This document shows positions 25,290 through 44,095 of a stretch of 64,000 nucleotides of DNA, piece by piece. Source of the stretch: the human T2T-CHM13v2.0 reference genome, Homo sapiens; the NCBI RefSeq assembly GCF_009914755.1, contig NC_060947.1, one strand, 5' to 3'. The translations under genes were made by a program, and so were the position numbers. How positions within the stretch are numbered: the stretch's first letter is position 1; each line of letters opens with the position of its first letter. Below the pieces are notes generated by a model. That model did no database searches and was not told where the DNA came from. It saw nothing but the letters and a program-made list of their open reading frames with translations.

Positions 25290-26075
25290 CTTATGATCTC
25301 TCATTCTAATGTGAATTATCCTTGATTCATATCCTGCAACCCACCCAACTAACTTAGTAGCAAATTTGATCAACTCTACCTTCAAAATGTATCTCAGATT
25401 CAACACTTTCCCATGAGCACCATCACACCACTTTGGCCCGAGTCGCCGTCTTGTTTGACCTCAACTCCTGCAATAACCTTCCCACTGGTCCCATGCATCT
25501 TTTCCTTTTCTGCCTATAGCTAGTTTTCCAAATAAAGACTGATGCTTACAGATAAGTGAGATTATGAGTGTTCACTGCTCATAGCCTCCGATACCTTCCT
25601 GTCACACATAGGAAAGTGTAGCCTTGTAGGCCCTAGACTTTAAAATCTTACAGGATCTGGCCCTGGATCTCTCTCCAACTCCATCCCACATTTACTATGT
25701 GGCTCTAGCCACATGGCTTCCTTGATATGCCTCAAACCTGCAACCTCCCTCATCTGGACTGTTGGGCCAACTGCAGATCTTCACATGACTCATTGTTTTC
25801 ACTTACATTAGGCCTTTGCTCAGATGTCATGACCTCAGAGAGGTCCTCCCTGGCCCCCCTGTCTAAAATAGCACCACACCACTCTATCCTTGCTGTCTGC
25901 TTTATTTTTCTTCTTGATCCTTATCAGTATACATATATGTTTATTTTGGGTTATTTATTGTTGGCCTCTCCCAGGAGAATATACATTCTATGAGAGGAGA
26001 GACTGAGGTATTTGCTGCTATAGTTCTAGCACGGGGAGTAGTGCCTGCAACATGGGAGGTGATGAATAATGTGGT
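25290..26075. mobile_element. L2 fragment
   Basis: ctaccttcaaaatgtatctcag...tcagagaggtcctccctg...agtagtgcctgcaacat, typical of the L2 3' region. Confidence 0.65.
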
Positions 26076-26598
26076 CCGGTTATTCTCTACATCTACTGTA
26101 CCTGAGTGCCTTCTGGAAATTCTTTTTATTTTCCTGTTTACTGGGCAAAGGTTTCCATGGACAATTCCTTAATTAATAACCTGAACAACTATCTGGCAAC
26201 TCACTCCTGCTCTGTCTCCGTGGCTTCCCTCTCTGGTTTAGGAGTCTCAGGTAGAAAGACATTGGTAGACAATGCCAACCTTCTCAGGAGCTTGTTACTT
26301 AAAAAAAAAAAAAAAAAAAAAAAAGCGTGCATTTTTTGGGTGTGTTTTCTGGGTCATGTGTTCCTCTGTCCTGGTTTATCCATCAATGTAACTATAGCTC
26401 CCTTCTATCTTCCAAAAATGTATCCAAATCTCTGTCCAGAGATTATTTCTTTCTCAAAGTTGTAACAGATTTATCCTGTCTGTATCATTTACTTTGTCAT
26501 TCCAATAGCATTCTGTGAGAAAAAGTAAACCTATATGTTCCCTCTGTTACCTTGAGCCACATGTTTCTGGTTGAGTTTGTCAAACATGAAACTCTTGG

Positions 26599-26600
<2 letters not shown>

Positions 26601-26632
<32 letters not shown>
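26601..26632. repeat. (GT)n microsatellite
   Basis: Seen directly. Confidence 0.9.
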
Positions 26633-26634
<2 letters not shown>

Positions 26635-27497
26635 AGAAACTGTGCAGTATTAGGTGCAGAGACTTAACCAAAAGTTGACCAGAGTCTACAAGGTTCAAGG
26701 TGGTAGAATTTGGTTTACAGACTGGTAAAGGGAAATTCTTTCCTGCTGGAGTTCTGATGTACAGAAGTAAAAAGGCACCATTAGGGACCAGATTCTAAAC
26801 ATCGGTTCAATAACCATTCAGCAGCATTTGAAATGGGCATTCCACATGTAAGAAAGGACACATACAAACAAAAAATGAAACTTTTGGTAAAAATTCTATT
26901 AAAATCCACCTAAACTAGAAGCAATGTAAATCAAATATAGTTTGCTATTTCTCCTGTATCTACAGCTGTATGTAAGAAAGAGGTAACTTGCGTGTTATTG
27001 GCATCCTTTACTCTGCAGATGAACATTAGTCTTATAATAAATACCTCCTTTTAAGACAGGAAAGGTCATTCTAAATGAGTTTGCTTTGTTTGGCATTTCT
27101 TAAAATTTCATTTAACTTAATTATGATTATTCATTTATTTCCTAAGTATCCTTTGAAAATTTCTTGATTAATGATCACTACAGCATAACCTTTCACATAT
27201 CAAGGCCATTCAGTTCTCTTAAAATGGTACATTATATAATGCATTGCTTCACTATGTGCAAATCTCAGCTATATTTTATTAAGACAAAGCACACTTGGTT
27301 TTTCATTAGCACTCAACCAATTACTTATAATGTACTAGAGATGGCCAAACAAGGGATACATACTTAGGCAAAATTCCAAATGTAGCCCTGGGAACAAGGA
27401 GGGAGAAGAGAAATGTTCCTTGACAATCACAAATAATAGTATTTCATTTAAAATATCTTAAAATAGTTTTATGACAGAGACACTAATGGTGCATTAA

Positions 27498-27860
27498 GTC
27501 CTGGCTACACAACTTGGGTTCCTCAGATCAGCAGCATTGCCATCACCTGGGAGCTTGTTAGGAATGCAGAAGCTCAGGCCTCACCCCAAACCCCCACACC
27601 TATGGGATCAGAATCTGCATTTAAACAAGATCCCCAGATGATTTGTATTCACATTAAAGCTTGAGAATCACTCTGTAAAGCTCTGCTTCTCAAATTTGGC
27701 TGCACTTTGCTATCATCTTGAGAGTTTAAAAAATTACTGAGGTTCTGATTTAATTAGCATGGGATGTGACATGAGTAGAGAGAGTTTGAAACACCCCCCC
27801 CGCCCCGCCCGCCTTCCAGGTAATTCTAATGAGCAGCTAAGTTTGAGAATAATTGCTCTT
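27498..27860. mobile_element. Adjacent MER5A and MER5B-like fossils
   Basis: cagcagcattgccatcacctgggagcttgttag...attaaagcttgagaatcact, then ctgcttctcaaatttggctgcac...agtttgagaat. Confidence 0.75.
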
Positions 27861-29257
27861 AAAAATAGAACCCAACATCATCATCGTTGTGAAATAATAA
27901 CAATAATAATAATAATAATGTGATGAAGAAGTTATATTTTGGGACAATGAAGTCTTCAGAAAGCACAGATGGAAGCAAACATAAGAACTGTAATTAATGG
28001 AAGTATTTTGTGCATAATCACCTTTACACTGATCAGTTTATCAGGTTAACAGAATGATAAGGGGATGGAACAGAAGTGGTGGTGGAGAAGGATAAGAAAT
28101 GAAACAAGAGGTGAGGCCTAGAAAGCTAGACCCTGGGAAGTACAAAAACACAGGGCCCTTGATAGCAAAGGTTCAGTATATAGACTAGTGTGGTAAACAA
28201 GGAGTCAGCATTGAATTCACCTTTGGAAAACTGAGGATCCTGGAAACCACAAGTGGTACTCTTGTCTGTCCTGCCCTATTGAGGGCATTGCTATATGTGT
28301 GTGTCACCTAACAAAGTCATACAAAGGAAGGGGAAAGGCCAAGTATTATAACTGCCTTAGCCTGAAGCCTCATCATCTCTTGATTGTTTTATAACACTGA
28401 ACTCCTAACTGGTATTCCTGTCTCTCCCTCATCATCCCACTACCTACATGCTGCCCAAGTGATCTTTCTAAAGTATGGTTCTAATCTTATTCCTTTTCTT
28501 AAAAGGAAACACTCCAAATACATTCCATTTCATGAAACATTACCTCCTTAGCATAAAGGGTATGAAGGAAACTAAGATTTATTGAGTATTAGGTATTTCT
28601 TTTATTCCTCAAACAGGATATATGAGATAGATTTTGTTGATCCCATTGTACAGGTGAATAAAAGGATTTTTTCAAGAGGAGAATATTTAATGGCAGAGAC
28701 AAAATTGGAACTCTGATCTACCTGTATCTTCACTACCTCTCTAGCATGGAACATAAGACTCTTTGTTACCTAACAGTCTTTCTGTATTTATCTCCCAACC
28801 TTCTCTCGATATTATAGATGCCCCCACAGACATTTAACATTTCCAAAACATGTCGTGCTTATTGCTATTCCTTTAAAAATTAATTTTCTTTTATGCCTCT
28901 ATACTTTTGAAGATGGTATTTCTTGTTTCTGGAATGCCCTCTTTTTAAAAAGAAATCTTTGAACAATTACATAGCATTTCAAATTCAAATTCAAATCCCT
29001 CAAACCCTAATTGAGGGAGTATGGGGAATGCCTTGTGTAGGAGATGCTTCCTACACAAAGCACTCCCCAAACTCCCTCAATTAGGGTTTATCTCTATTTT
29101 TTTTGGTGTGATCATTGTACTTTCCATATATCCTATTCGCTTTGACATGTTGTTTCATAATTATTTTGGTGTATCATTCCCTATTATAAAATGGGGTTCT
29201 TGCTGATGCAAATCATGTCTTATCCATTTTCCTAATTAGCATATTCTTCAACTTAGG

Positions 29258-29742
29258 GTCTACATCAGTCAGTTTGGCCTAAGTTATGCTGTATAACAAC
29301 CCCTTAAATCTCAGTAGCCTACAACAGCAAAAGTGTGTTTCTTGCTTATATCATAGGTATGATGTGGCTCTGTTTCATGCTATCTTTACTCCAAGACCTA
29401 GGGTGATAGAACAGTTTTCACCTGGAATATGGCTGGTTTTGTGACAGAAAGAAAAGTGATCAGATGATCCACGTCACTGAACATTTTATGCTTGGAATTG
29501 ATACATACCACTTCTACTCATATTTCATTGGCTAAAGCAAGTTGCATGGCTGCTGCTTTAAGAGGATGGCCTGCTAAACTACCTGCTTATTCGACAGTGC
29601 CATGATATACAATTTACGCAGGGCCATGATATATAATTTTACCAAAGAGATGGACACTTCAACTTACATAGCCAAGTGTGATGTCAATGACATAGAGATA
29701 TCCCTATAGTGAGAGGAGTCAATAAATAATGCCATGTACTAC
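29258..29742 (-). mobile_element. Old MLT1 (J/K/L-like) LTR
   Basis: ctaagttatgctgtataacaacc...tcagtagc...atttcattggctaaagcaagttgcatggc. Confidence 0.6.
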
Positions 29743-30037
29743 AGAGTCACCTACACTACAGGAAATTCACCTGTTCTTCACGCAGTGAAATTGCATTTTA
29801 TGCAAACTTGCATTGTGTTCGTGTGGTATTTAAGCATTAAAATATTAATAAAATCCTACTATAAACATAAAATTTGAAATAATGAAAATTTCTTATATCT
29901 GAAAACTCACCCAAAATTACACAATTTCACAGCTGTAGGGCCAAGTGAATTGAAAACTCTGCCCTATTGCCCCGTGGCAGCACTATTTTAGATAGTACAT
30001 GAAAATAACATCACCTTTCATCAGGACTAGTCGAGAC

Positions 30038-30270
30038 TTTTTTTTTTTTTTTGAGACAGAATCTCGCTTTTGTTGCCCAGGCTGGAGTAGTGGTGTGACC
30101 TCGGCTCACTGCAACCTCTGCCTCCGGAGTTCAAGTGATTCTCCTGCCTCAGCCTCCTAAATAGCTGGGACTACAGGCACATGCCACCATGCCTGGCTAT
30201 TTTTTGTATTTTTAGTAGAGACGGGGTTTCACCATGTTGGCCAGGCTGGTCTTGAACTCCTGACCTCAGG
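30038..30270 (-). mobile_element. 5'-truncated AluS
   Basis: Poly-T, right arm and partial left arm. Flanked by tcaggactag/tcaggactgg and followed by a 17-bp tandem duplication (30281-30314). Confidence 0.9.
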
Positions 30271-31261
30271 TCAGGACTGGCCTTTAACTGTATGAGTCCT
30301 TTAACTGTATGAGTCATCAGAAAACAAACTCCTTACACACAGTTTCACTGATTGCAGATGCACAATACATGTTTCAACCTCATCCACCACTCTTCCACTA
30401 TTAAAACTGTAATTCCCAATTTCAATCCTCATATGACCACTAAACCACTTCCACTGAGACATCAAAGCAAGTTCAACTGCTTCTTCTCATTCACATAAGG
30501 AATACAAATATAGAGTTAAGATAACAGAGTTAGTGTTGAAGATTAGATGTGTTACAACATCAGATTTTAAAATCAGGATTGATAGCATTTTCCTGGCTAA
30601 TGCAAGAAAAAAAGTGAAGTCCTGATTCTACTTTCCATTATCCAGCCAATTATTAACAAGCCAATTATGTGGCTTCAGAAACTTTTTGTCCTTGTCAACA
30701 TTTATCAAGTAAAATCTTGGTCTAAGAAGGTTAAACTCTACTTAACAAATGCTACCAAAAAAAAGAAAGAAAATGATTTTTTTTGTCAAATATCTATCTT
30801 TCATATTTAACATAGCACTATCATGGACACATTCATCCCAGAGTATATTTATATGTTAATATGTGACAATTTGAATGTGTTTAATTACCATGAAACCTGC
30901 TCTTTCTTGTGCTCTAAATGTTCCATGAACATCTTCATATGCCATGTTGCTCCTACAAATAGTGTGATGCTCCTTTGAAACATGAGCTGATAACATACAA
31001 TTATTATGGCAATCATTCTGAAGGTAAATTAGACAAGGCATTTTTGCCTAAACATGAGCAGTTAACTTAAATAAGATAATTAAATATATGTTTTATTCCT
31101 AAATACTTTATTTCAATCTCTACAGAAATAACCAAGACACTAAACATATCAGATGTCCAAAAACCTTAAGACCATTCAACAAGTGTATTTTTCAATGTGT
31201 CCTGCATATTTGACTTTTTGTGCATTATTGAACATTAAATCTATTCTTTTAACAGATTTTT

Positions 31262-35015
<3,754 letters not shown>

Positions 35016-35959
35016 AACAGATTTTTATGAAGAATCTGGTATATTCCAGGTAATGGGCTAAGCATTTGCTATGGATTATTTCACTCACTTTAGGCGTATC
35101 GGGAAATAATTTCTGTGAAAGTTATTCTTAAGTCAGGCCCATGAAGAATCCATGGGATTTAACAGGAATAGATGAGCATTTTAGGTAGAAGGTACAGATG
35201 GGCAAAAGCCTTCAGGGGGCAAAAATCTTAGCATGTTCAAGCTGAATGTCACAGGGACACACTGTGAGAGGGAACAAATGGATCAAGTTAAAAATGCCAC
35301 GGCCTTTGATGGAGATAATGAGCTAACCCACATTTTCTGTAGCTAATTTATGAGTGTTCATTGGTATTTATTTTAAAAGAAACCCAACTCCTCTTTTCCT
35401 TATGTTTACAGACATAGAAGAAAATTTTGTGGTAAGTATTCTGCAACAATCAACCCAGCAAGCAGAATTATAAAATGGGTCACGTTTTTCACATTTCTAC
35501 CAATCAGACTAAGGAGCACATTCTTTAGGCATACGATTAGTTTTCAGGTAATTCTTTATGTGCTTTATCTTAATACTGATATCCTGGTACCTTGAGGGTT
35601 TCTTTATGTTGACAATAGCCCCACACATATTTTGAAAGGCAATAAAGCCAATCTGAGTAAAGTGGATTTCTTTCTAATAGAATACTCTACCATCATAATA
35701 TTGTTTAACACAATTTAGAATTCTCATTAACTTCAGTGAGAATGTGTACTTAACAAAGCAATCAAATAGTGTCTTATGTTTAAATATAGAATTTGATACT
35801 TTCCCTGTCCTCATGTTAATTACTGAATATCAGGCACTTGAGTAATGTTAATTCCTTGGGTATATCTTCACTGAACTATGTATTCGCTTTAATGATTTTA
35901 TTAAAACTTTCAGAATGTTCAACTCATTTCAATCTCTCTCCCATGTTTCTTATTAAAGC

Positions 35960-36472
35960 CCTAGTTGGATAAGCTTAGCTTTGTCCGTGGTAATCAGTCA
36001 TTCATTCCAAAATAATAGCGTCTTGAACAACATAGAAGTTCGCTTCCATCTCAACCATATTTAGTCAGGATGGAAACTCCATGTCTGCCAAGGCATCTCC
36101 AGATTCATCAAGGACCCATCACGAACATCCTCCTATATTCCTTTTCTACAATCATTATTAGCCCGCAACCTTATAGTCAAGATGATAGTGTTAGCTTCAG
36201 CAATCCAATCCACATTCCAGCCAGCAGGAGGATGAATGAGATGGGAATAAGTGGCAAAATGTCTCTGAACATGATTAGTAGAAAGCTCATGCCACCATTT
36301 TCTTTACACATCTTTGAACAGAACGTAGTCACAAAGACACACCTGGCTGAAAGAAAGACTGGGAAGCATAATCTTACTTCCACACAGCCATGTGCTCTGG
36401 TAAACTCAGGGATTCTATTACTAGAAAAGAAAGATGAAATAGATTTTTGAGTAGACAAACATCTCTGGTACA
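35960..36472 (-). mobile_element. Old MLT1 (J/K-like) LTR
   Basis: cacattccagccagcaggagg...gaacgtagtcaca...aaagactgggaa pattern. Confidence 0.55.
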
Positions 36473-36680
36473 GAATACGTTCTGAAATCTAAAAATAAAT
36501 AAGTAATTTTATCCAATATGTAAAATGATATATGCCTTTTCTAAGTCTTGGCTATCCTCCTCTTCCCTGCACTTGTCACCCACCACCCATCCTATAGCCC
36601 TTATTCCAAATCTTCAAGCATTTCTATGATTTTGTGATGTGTGGCTTGATCAAAGAAATGTAAGTTATATGTTTACTACA

Positions 36681-36972
<292 letters not shown>

Positions 36973-37084
36973 TACTATGTTTTGAAATAAGTGTTTTCCT
37001 AGAGTTCTCAATCTAATCACTGACGTATAAGAGTAATTCTCTTTGGGGTCTAAAAATTTACAATTTATCAAAGATTATTCCAAG

Positions 37085-39302
37085 AGGATCTCTTTTATTG
37101 ATTCACATAACACAAAATTTAGCATTTAAACATTTTTATGTATTTTTCAGTGGCATAGCACATTCACAGTGCTGTGCACCCATCATCACTAACTAATTCC
37201 AGAACATTATCATTTTTCCAAAAAGAAACCTCCTACTACACATCAAGGAATCATCCACATTTCCCCTTCCATCAACCCCTGAGACCACTAATCTGCTTTC
37301 TATGTCTATGGATGTGCCTATTTTGCACATCTCATATAAATGCAATTATACAATGTGTGGCCTTTAGGGTCTAGCTTATTTCAATTAGCATAATGTTTAC
37401 AAGGTTAATCTATGTTGTAGGGTGTATCAGCACTTCATTCCTTTTTATGGCCAAATTAATATTCTATTGTGTGAATATACCACATCTTGTTCATCCATTA
37501 ATTAGTTGATAGGTGCACGGATTGTTTCTACTTTTTGGCTATTATGAATAGTGCTGCTATAAATATTTGTGTACAAGTTTTTGTGAAGACATATGGCTTC
37601 ATTTCTCTTGACTATATACCCAGGAGTAGAATTACTGGATCGTATGATAATTCTATGCTTAATTTTTTTTAGGAACTTCCAAATTATTTTCCACAATATG
37701 TGAAACATTTTACATTCCTATCAGCAGTTTATGAGTTTCACAATTTCTCTGCATCCTCACCAATACTTATTTTCTGTTTTGTTTTTAATTATAGCATCCT
37801 AGTGAATGCAAAATGGCATTTTTTTCTAGTTTTGACTTACATCTCCCAAATGCTTAACGATGTTGAACATCTCTCTTGTGTTTGTTGACCATTTGCATAT
37901 CTTCTGTGGAGGAATGTCTATTTGAGTCGTTTGCTCAATTTTTAATTGGGTTGCTTGTTTTTTGTTGTTATTTTTGAGCAGTACAACTTCTTTATGTATT
38001 TTGGTTCAGTCTCTTATTGGATATATGAGTTGTGAATATTTTCTACCACTCTGTGTGTTGTCTTTTCACTTTCTTGATAGGTTCTTTGATGCACAAAAGT
38101 TTTTTTTTAATTTGATAAAGTCCAATGTATCTATTTTTGTTGTTGTTGTTGCTCATGCTTTTGTTGTCATATTTGAGAAGCCACTGCCTAATACACAGTC
38201 ACAAAGATTTACATGTTTTCTTCAAAGAGTTTTATAGTTTTCGCTTTTGATTTGATTCTTTTTGATGCTGTTGTAAATGAAACTGTTTTCCTAATTTCAT
38301 GTTTGTATTGTTCATTGCCAGTGTATAGAAATACAGCTGTTTAGACTGGGTGCGGTGGCTCACACCTGTAATCCCAGCACTCTGAGAGGCCAAGATGGAG
38401 GGGTGGGTGGATCGCTTGAGGTCAGGAGTTCGAGGCCAGCCTGGCCAACATGGTGAAACCCTGTCACTACTAAAAATACAAAAGTTAGCTGGGCATGGTG
38501 GTGTGCGCTTGTAATCCGAGCTACTTGGGAGGCTGAGGCAGGAGAATCACTTGAACCCAGGAGGCAGAACTTGCCATTGCAGTGAGCCCAGATTGTGCCA
38601 CTGCACTCCAGCCTGGGTGATGGAGCGAGACTCCATCTCAAAAAAGAAATACAACTGTTTATTGCATGTTGATTTCGTACCCTGCAACTTTGTTAAACTT
38701 GTTTATTAGCACAAATTGTGTTTTTATGTGTGACTCTTTAAGTTTTAGTTTTACTTCTCCTTTCCAATTTGGAGACCTTTTTTTTAATTGTCTAATTCCC
38801 CTGTGTAGGACTTCCATACGCTATTGAGTAGAAGTGGTTAGGGCAGATATCTTTGTCTTTTCTTTGATCTTACAGTAAAAGCTTTTAATCTTTTACCATT
38901 GAGTATGATGCTAGCTGTGAGATTTTCATAAATGCCCTTTATCAGATTAAGGTAGATAACCTCCATTCCTAGTTTGCTGGTTGTTTTCTCATGACAGGTT
39001 ACTGGATTTTGTCAAATCCTGTTTCTGCATCAATTGAGTTGATCATGTGCCTTGTTTCCTTCATTCTATTAGTATGGTTGTTGCATTAGCAGGTTTTCAT
39101 ATGCTAAGCCACCTTTGCATTCCTGGGATAAATTCCACTTGGGCATGGTGTATAATTCTTTTAAAATGCTACTGAATTCATTTTGCTAGTACTTTATCAA
39201 GCATTTTTGCATCTACATTCATAAGGGATATTGGTCTGTAGTTTTTTTCTTGTGATGTCACTACCTGGCTTTAGTATCAGGGTAATATTGGCCTCATAGA
39301 GT
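37085..39302 (-). mobile_element. L1MB-like fragment, interrupted by an Alu
   Basis: Degenerate L1 3'UTR and ORF2 in reverse complement. Confidence 0.8.
38344..38645 (+). mobile_element. AluS inserted in L1MB
   Basis: TSD agaaatacagctgttt / agaaatacaactgttt. Confidence 0.95.
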
Positions 39303-41966
39303 GAGATTATTCCTATTAGCCAAAACATGAAAACAACCTAAATGCCCATCGATAGACGAATGAATGAAGAAAAGATTACATATGTTTATTATATATGTAT
39401 ATATTATATATTTAGTGTTATATATTACTTATCCATATATATCAATATATGGGGAACAGAGTTAGTTCAGGCTTTTTGTTGGATGATGATAAATTCAGAA
39501 AAATCAGAGAGTAGCGTGAAGTGGCAAATTCAAAGCAGCGCCCAGACAGGCTGATGGAGATATCATTTTAAGTCAAAGAATTCCATAAGTGACATGAAAA
39601 TTCAAGTAGGGATGATTTAAAGGGAAAACAAGAGATGCCTATAGTGTAGGTATTCAGATTGACAGAGGTTGTTTTAAATATACCTCTGACCTCTGACCTC
39701 AGTCACAGGTGACTGGACAATCCAAATAGTTTAAGCTAATGATAGTCATCTCAAATTGTTTTTTGAGAAAATATAGTATATGGAGTAGAAGTAATTAAAT
39801 GTTTAATGGTTAGAATTTTCTATTTTAAAACATGAGTGAGAAAATAATTGTAGATAGTAATAAATGGGCAATAGTATACTACCTATGCACAAGGACGCAT
39901 ATTATATTTTATCATTGAGAGAAATTGTGTACCTTTCTGTCACCTGCCTATGCCAAAACAATGGTAACAATTCCAGTACATTTAAAACCATACATCAAGA
40001 GTTTTCTCTTTCTAACAGAAATTCAGAAAAAGTTTTAAACAAATATCTACAAGGATAGAAGGGGGGTACAAAGCAAAATGTTTCCAAGTAATATTTGATT
40101 ATTTCCGAACTTCAGATCCATCATCCATGTATTTACCACCAAAAACTGCAGGAAGGCAGGAAGGCAGGCAGGAAGGAAAGAGATAGAACCATCACCTCTA
40201 AAGATAAAGTTAAGAGATAAATTACACAAAGTTTTTGAATAATTAAAATAAGTGTTTTACCTCCCAGGTCAACTATGAAGAGTATGTTATTCTTTAAGCA
40301 TTTGTTATTCTACATGAACACATGTGCTGTTGAAATCTAATGAGCCAAAGATTACCAGAGGCAACCTATAGTCTGACCAAATTATAACTATTGCCTCAAT
40401 GAAGTAAGAGGGGCACATTCCAGAGAGACTGTGGGTTGCTGCTCCCAACAAGAAGGAAGGAAGAGTCTTTGGTAAGATTTGGGCTCCTGCTGAAGGATTT
40501 TGTGGAGAGTCTCAGGGAAGTGGGGATCAGTTCTGGACTGGTTTTAGTTTTTCTAAGGTAAGATCAGAAGAAGCAGGGATTAGTTAGGGGTTGAGTATTG
40601 TCATAAGTCAAGGACAATTTAGCAATTGGGTACCCCCCAGTAATAGATAGGAACAGCAAAGTGTACCTGGGAGCATCATTAGTAAGAAAACACTCACTTG
40701 GAGGCAGAAGGTGGAAAGGATGGTTGTCATGACATTAAAAACTATTACACAGCTTTGGGAGGACAAGTGTGCCCTGTTAATTTTGCAGTTAACATTATGT
40801 GTCTGTCCTCCCAGGATGATTAATGACAGACCTGCTTTTTTTCCTGTTTTAGTCCACGACATTTTATTTTTTCAACCTCGGACAGGGTTTTACTATTTTA
40901 GTGTACATATTCTAGCTGTCTGTTGAATGTCATACATAATTAAGAGCTTGTTTAGTTTTGAAATGGCATAAATCTTCAGTACAAAAGCAGAATAACAAAG
41001 AAACTTCTACTCTTCTGGTTAAATTTATATTCTCTTTTAAAAATTGACAAGGAAGTAAAAGTCTGTGGGATCTTCTTTTCTCTATCTTGATCATTGATTC
41101 TTAGAGGACATAAAACAGGGTTAGTCAAGCTTTGCCTCTAGCAGCTATGCCATGCTTTAAAAAAGTCCTTCACACTAGTAAAGTGCTAGTTTCATGCGAA
41201 ACATGATCATAAATAAATTGGCTCAGGGTATCTGCAAACTCCTTGAGGGCAAGGACCTTGTTTTACTCACATTTGTACCCACTCACAGCTTAGTACAAGG
41301 TCTTTATATATGAGCCTCAATAAATATTTGCTGGATTGAATCCTATTTGAAAAAGAATGTGGAGAGCACTATATAAAAGACTGAATATATTATAAGATGA
41401 GAAAGAGAGAAATGTTGATCTTAACCGTACCTGGAAGTGTGTATGTCATTTTAATGCTTTCCTAAAGGCTAGGGGATAATCAATCTCTCTAGATAAAACC
41501 ATGTTCTTTACTTCAAAGGAAAGGTGAGTTTCCACATAGATTTAGTGAAATAATGTACTATCCTTTATTGAATGTCTTAAAATTATGTCTTTGTCATATT
41601 TCTCACCAATCTGTCTAAAATTTATTAAATGTAGAAGTATCTACCAACCTGTAGAATTATAATAATAGTATTCATCCTTATTACTTAGCATATTAACATT
41701 ATAGGTATAACTATCCAACCAATAACTTAGCATTTATTATATAAAAACATAGTTTCCTATCATAAATCCTTGAAAACAAAGTCTATTGAAAATAATAACC
41801 TTTGCTATGTTTGCCCTTTTTGAACAGCCATGTCTGTGATCTGCAGACTATTAGATAATAGTATGTATTTGTTTTGTTTCATTTTTTAAAATCTATTTTC
41901 CTTAAAACCTGCTTGTTTAAAGAATAAAAAAACTTTGAATTGAGCCTCTATCCACAGTTTGAACAG

Positions 41967-42530
41967 CATATATACATATATATACCTACATATATATACA
42001 TATATATATACCTACATATATATACATATATATACCTACATATATATACATATATATACCTACATATATATACATATATATACCTACATATATATACATA
42101 TATATACCTACATATATATACATATATATACCTACATATATATACATATATATACCTACATATATACATATATATACCTACATATATACACATATATATA
42201 CCTACATATATACACATATATATACACCTACATATATATACCTACATATATATACATATATATACCTACATATATATACATATATACCTACATATATATA
42301 CATATATATACCTACATATATATACATATATACCTACATATATACACATATATATACCTACATATATATACATATATATACCTACATATATATACATATA
42401 TATATACCTACATATATATACATATATATATACCTACATATATACACACATATATATATACCTACATATATATATATATATTCACACACACCTACATATC
42501 CACACACACATATCTATACACACATACATA
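41967..42530. repeat. TA-rich minisatellite, unit about 24 bp (CTACATATATATACATATATATAC)
   Basis: About 20 tandem units with variable TA counts. Confidence 0.95.
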
Positions 42531-42835
42531 CTGGTAAGCAATTAGATCCGTTTCACAGTGGTGTGTTCAATAATAAATATATATATATACACACATCAAT
42601 ATATATAAAGCTATGAGAGTGCAAACAATCCAGAAATCTCTTTGGTCTTGGGAATACTGGACATGATTTCACGGAGGCTACATGTGAGCTGGGTATTGAG
42701 GAAGGGGATACTCCATTCAACGGCAGGAAAGATTTTTTAAGGAAGAAGATGATGTGAATAATGAATGGAGATGAGAAAATCCTCTGGAAATTTCAAGTTA
42801 TCCAGTATGGTGTGGAGTGGATTTTAAGGTTAATT

Positions 42836-43350
42836 TGTGTCAGATATGCTGAAAGCCAGTTTTAATTTAGGTTTCCCTCAGAGTTGATCCTGAGACAAAG
42901 ACTTGGATGCAGGTAGTTCCTTTGGAGATTAATCTCAGAAAGGGTAAATAAGGAAGTGAGAAAGTGAAGGGAGAAGGGCAAAAAAAAAAAAGTTTATTGT
43001 TGGTAACTGAAGCCCAATTCCTCCAGGAATCCTGGAAAACCATGTGGAACACAGTACAGAATTATTCCACTAGAGGATGAGGAAGCTAAGGTATTTATCT
43101 GCCAAGTCTCACTCCCTGTTGATTGAGGGTTGAGGAATAAGGGCTACTATACCACCACACTTTTGGGTTACAACTGAAGGCAGCTAGTCAAGCTCTCAGG
43201 TTGCTGGAGAAATCCCTCAGGTAGATAAGGAGAAACATGGTTGCTTGGGATGAAAATCTGACAATGGGCTGGGAACTCCATCTGCACTTCAGGTGAACTC
43301 AGACGAACTGAGAGTATATGAGAAAGTGCATCAACAGAGTCTATTACAGA
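42836..43350. mobile_element. ERVL LTR16/LTR33-like solo LTR
   Basis: ccctcagagttgatcctgagacaaagacttggatgcaggtag motif. Confidence 0.55.
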
Positions 43351-43914
43351 GGTCTTGGCGGTCAAACTGATAATTTTCAGTATGCGATGGAGGTCTTGAA
43401 GCTAGGTGAGAAGCTGAATGTTATGAAGACAGGTGTATTAAGAAGATGCGCATAGGATATTATCTTCTGAATATACCTTCTAGGATATGGGGTAAACACT
43501 GGCGAGCAGGACAACCAGATGTAGAACTGTTAGTATAATTTATGTAATGGTAATCAAGCTTTGAATAACTTGTGTTGTGGGTATAGCGGTCACAGTGAAG
43601 GTGAAAAGACAAAACGTTCTGGAAATGGTTTCAAGAAAACAAGTTCAATGATAATTGGTGGGACCATGGAGTAATAAGGGGGTTGAGAAGTAATAAGAAG
43701 ATAGAAACTTTATATTAGAAGTAGATAACTGTATTTTTTTTTGAGCTTAAGACATTTGGAAATTCACAGAAAGGCAGAGAATATGCAGCTTGTGGGTGGG
43801 GGGAGGCGGGTACAGAGAAATGATGAAATTAGATTTTTTCTGTCAATTAAGAAGTATAGGGACATTTAAGTTTTTTTCTGATTCCCTCCAGTCTCATTTC
43901 CAGTTCTGGTTTAA

Positions 43915-44095
43915 TATATAGTTCTCAATTTTGGTTACCCATTTAGAATCACCTGAGGGGGCTTGTGAAAATCGTGATATCCAGGCTTCTCTCCAGCCCA
44001 ATTAAATCAGACTCTTCAGGAGCAGTATCCAAGATTCTATAGTTTGTAAGACTGCCAAGGTGGTTCCAATATGCAGCCATGATTTAGAACCATTT
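43915..44095. mobile_element. MER5B-like fossil
   Basis: gttctcaatttt...tagaatcacctg...ccaattaaatcaga...tgcagcca...agaacca. Confidence 0.65.

Noticed and set aside
40330-40925. Possible additional old LTR
   Set aside because: Composition is LTR-like, but I could not define termini, a TSD or a family.
41940-42545. 190-200 aa Y/I/H/T-rich ORFs, and CRISPR-like periodicity
   Set aside because: Translation of a TA-rich minisatellite. There are no unique spacers and the context is eukaryotic.
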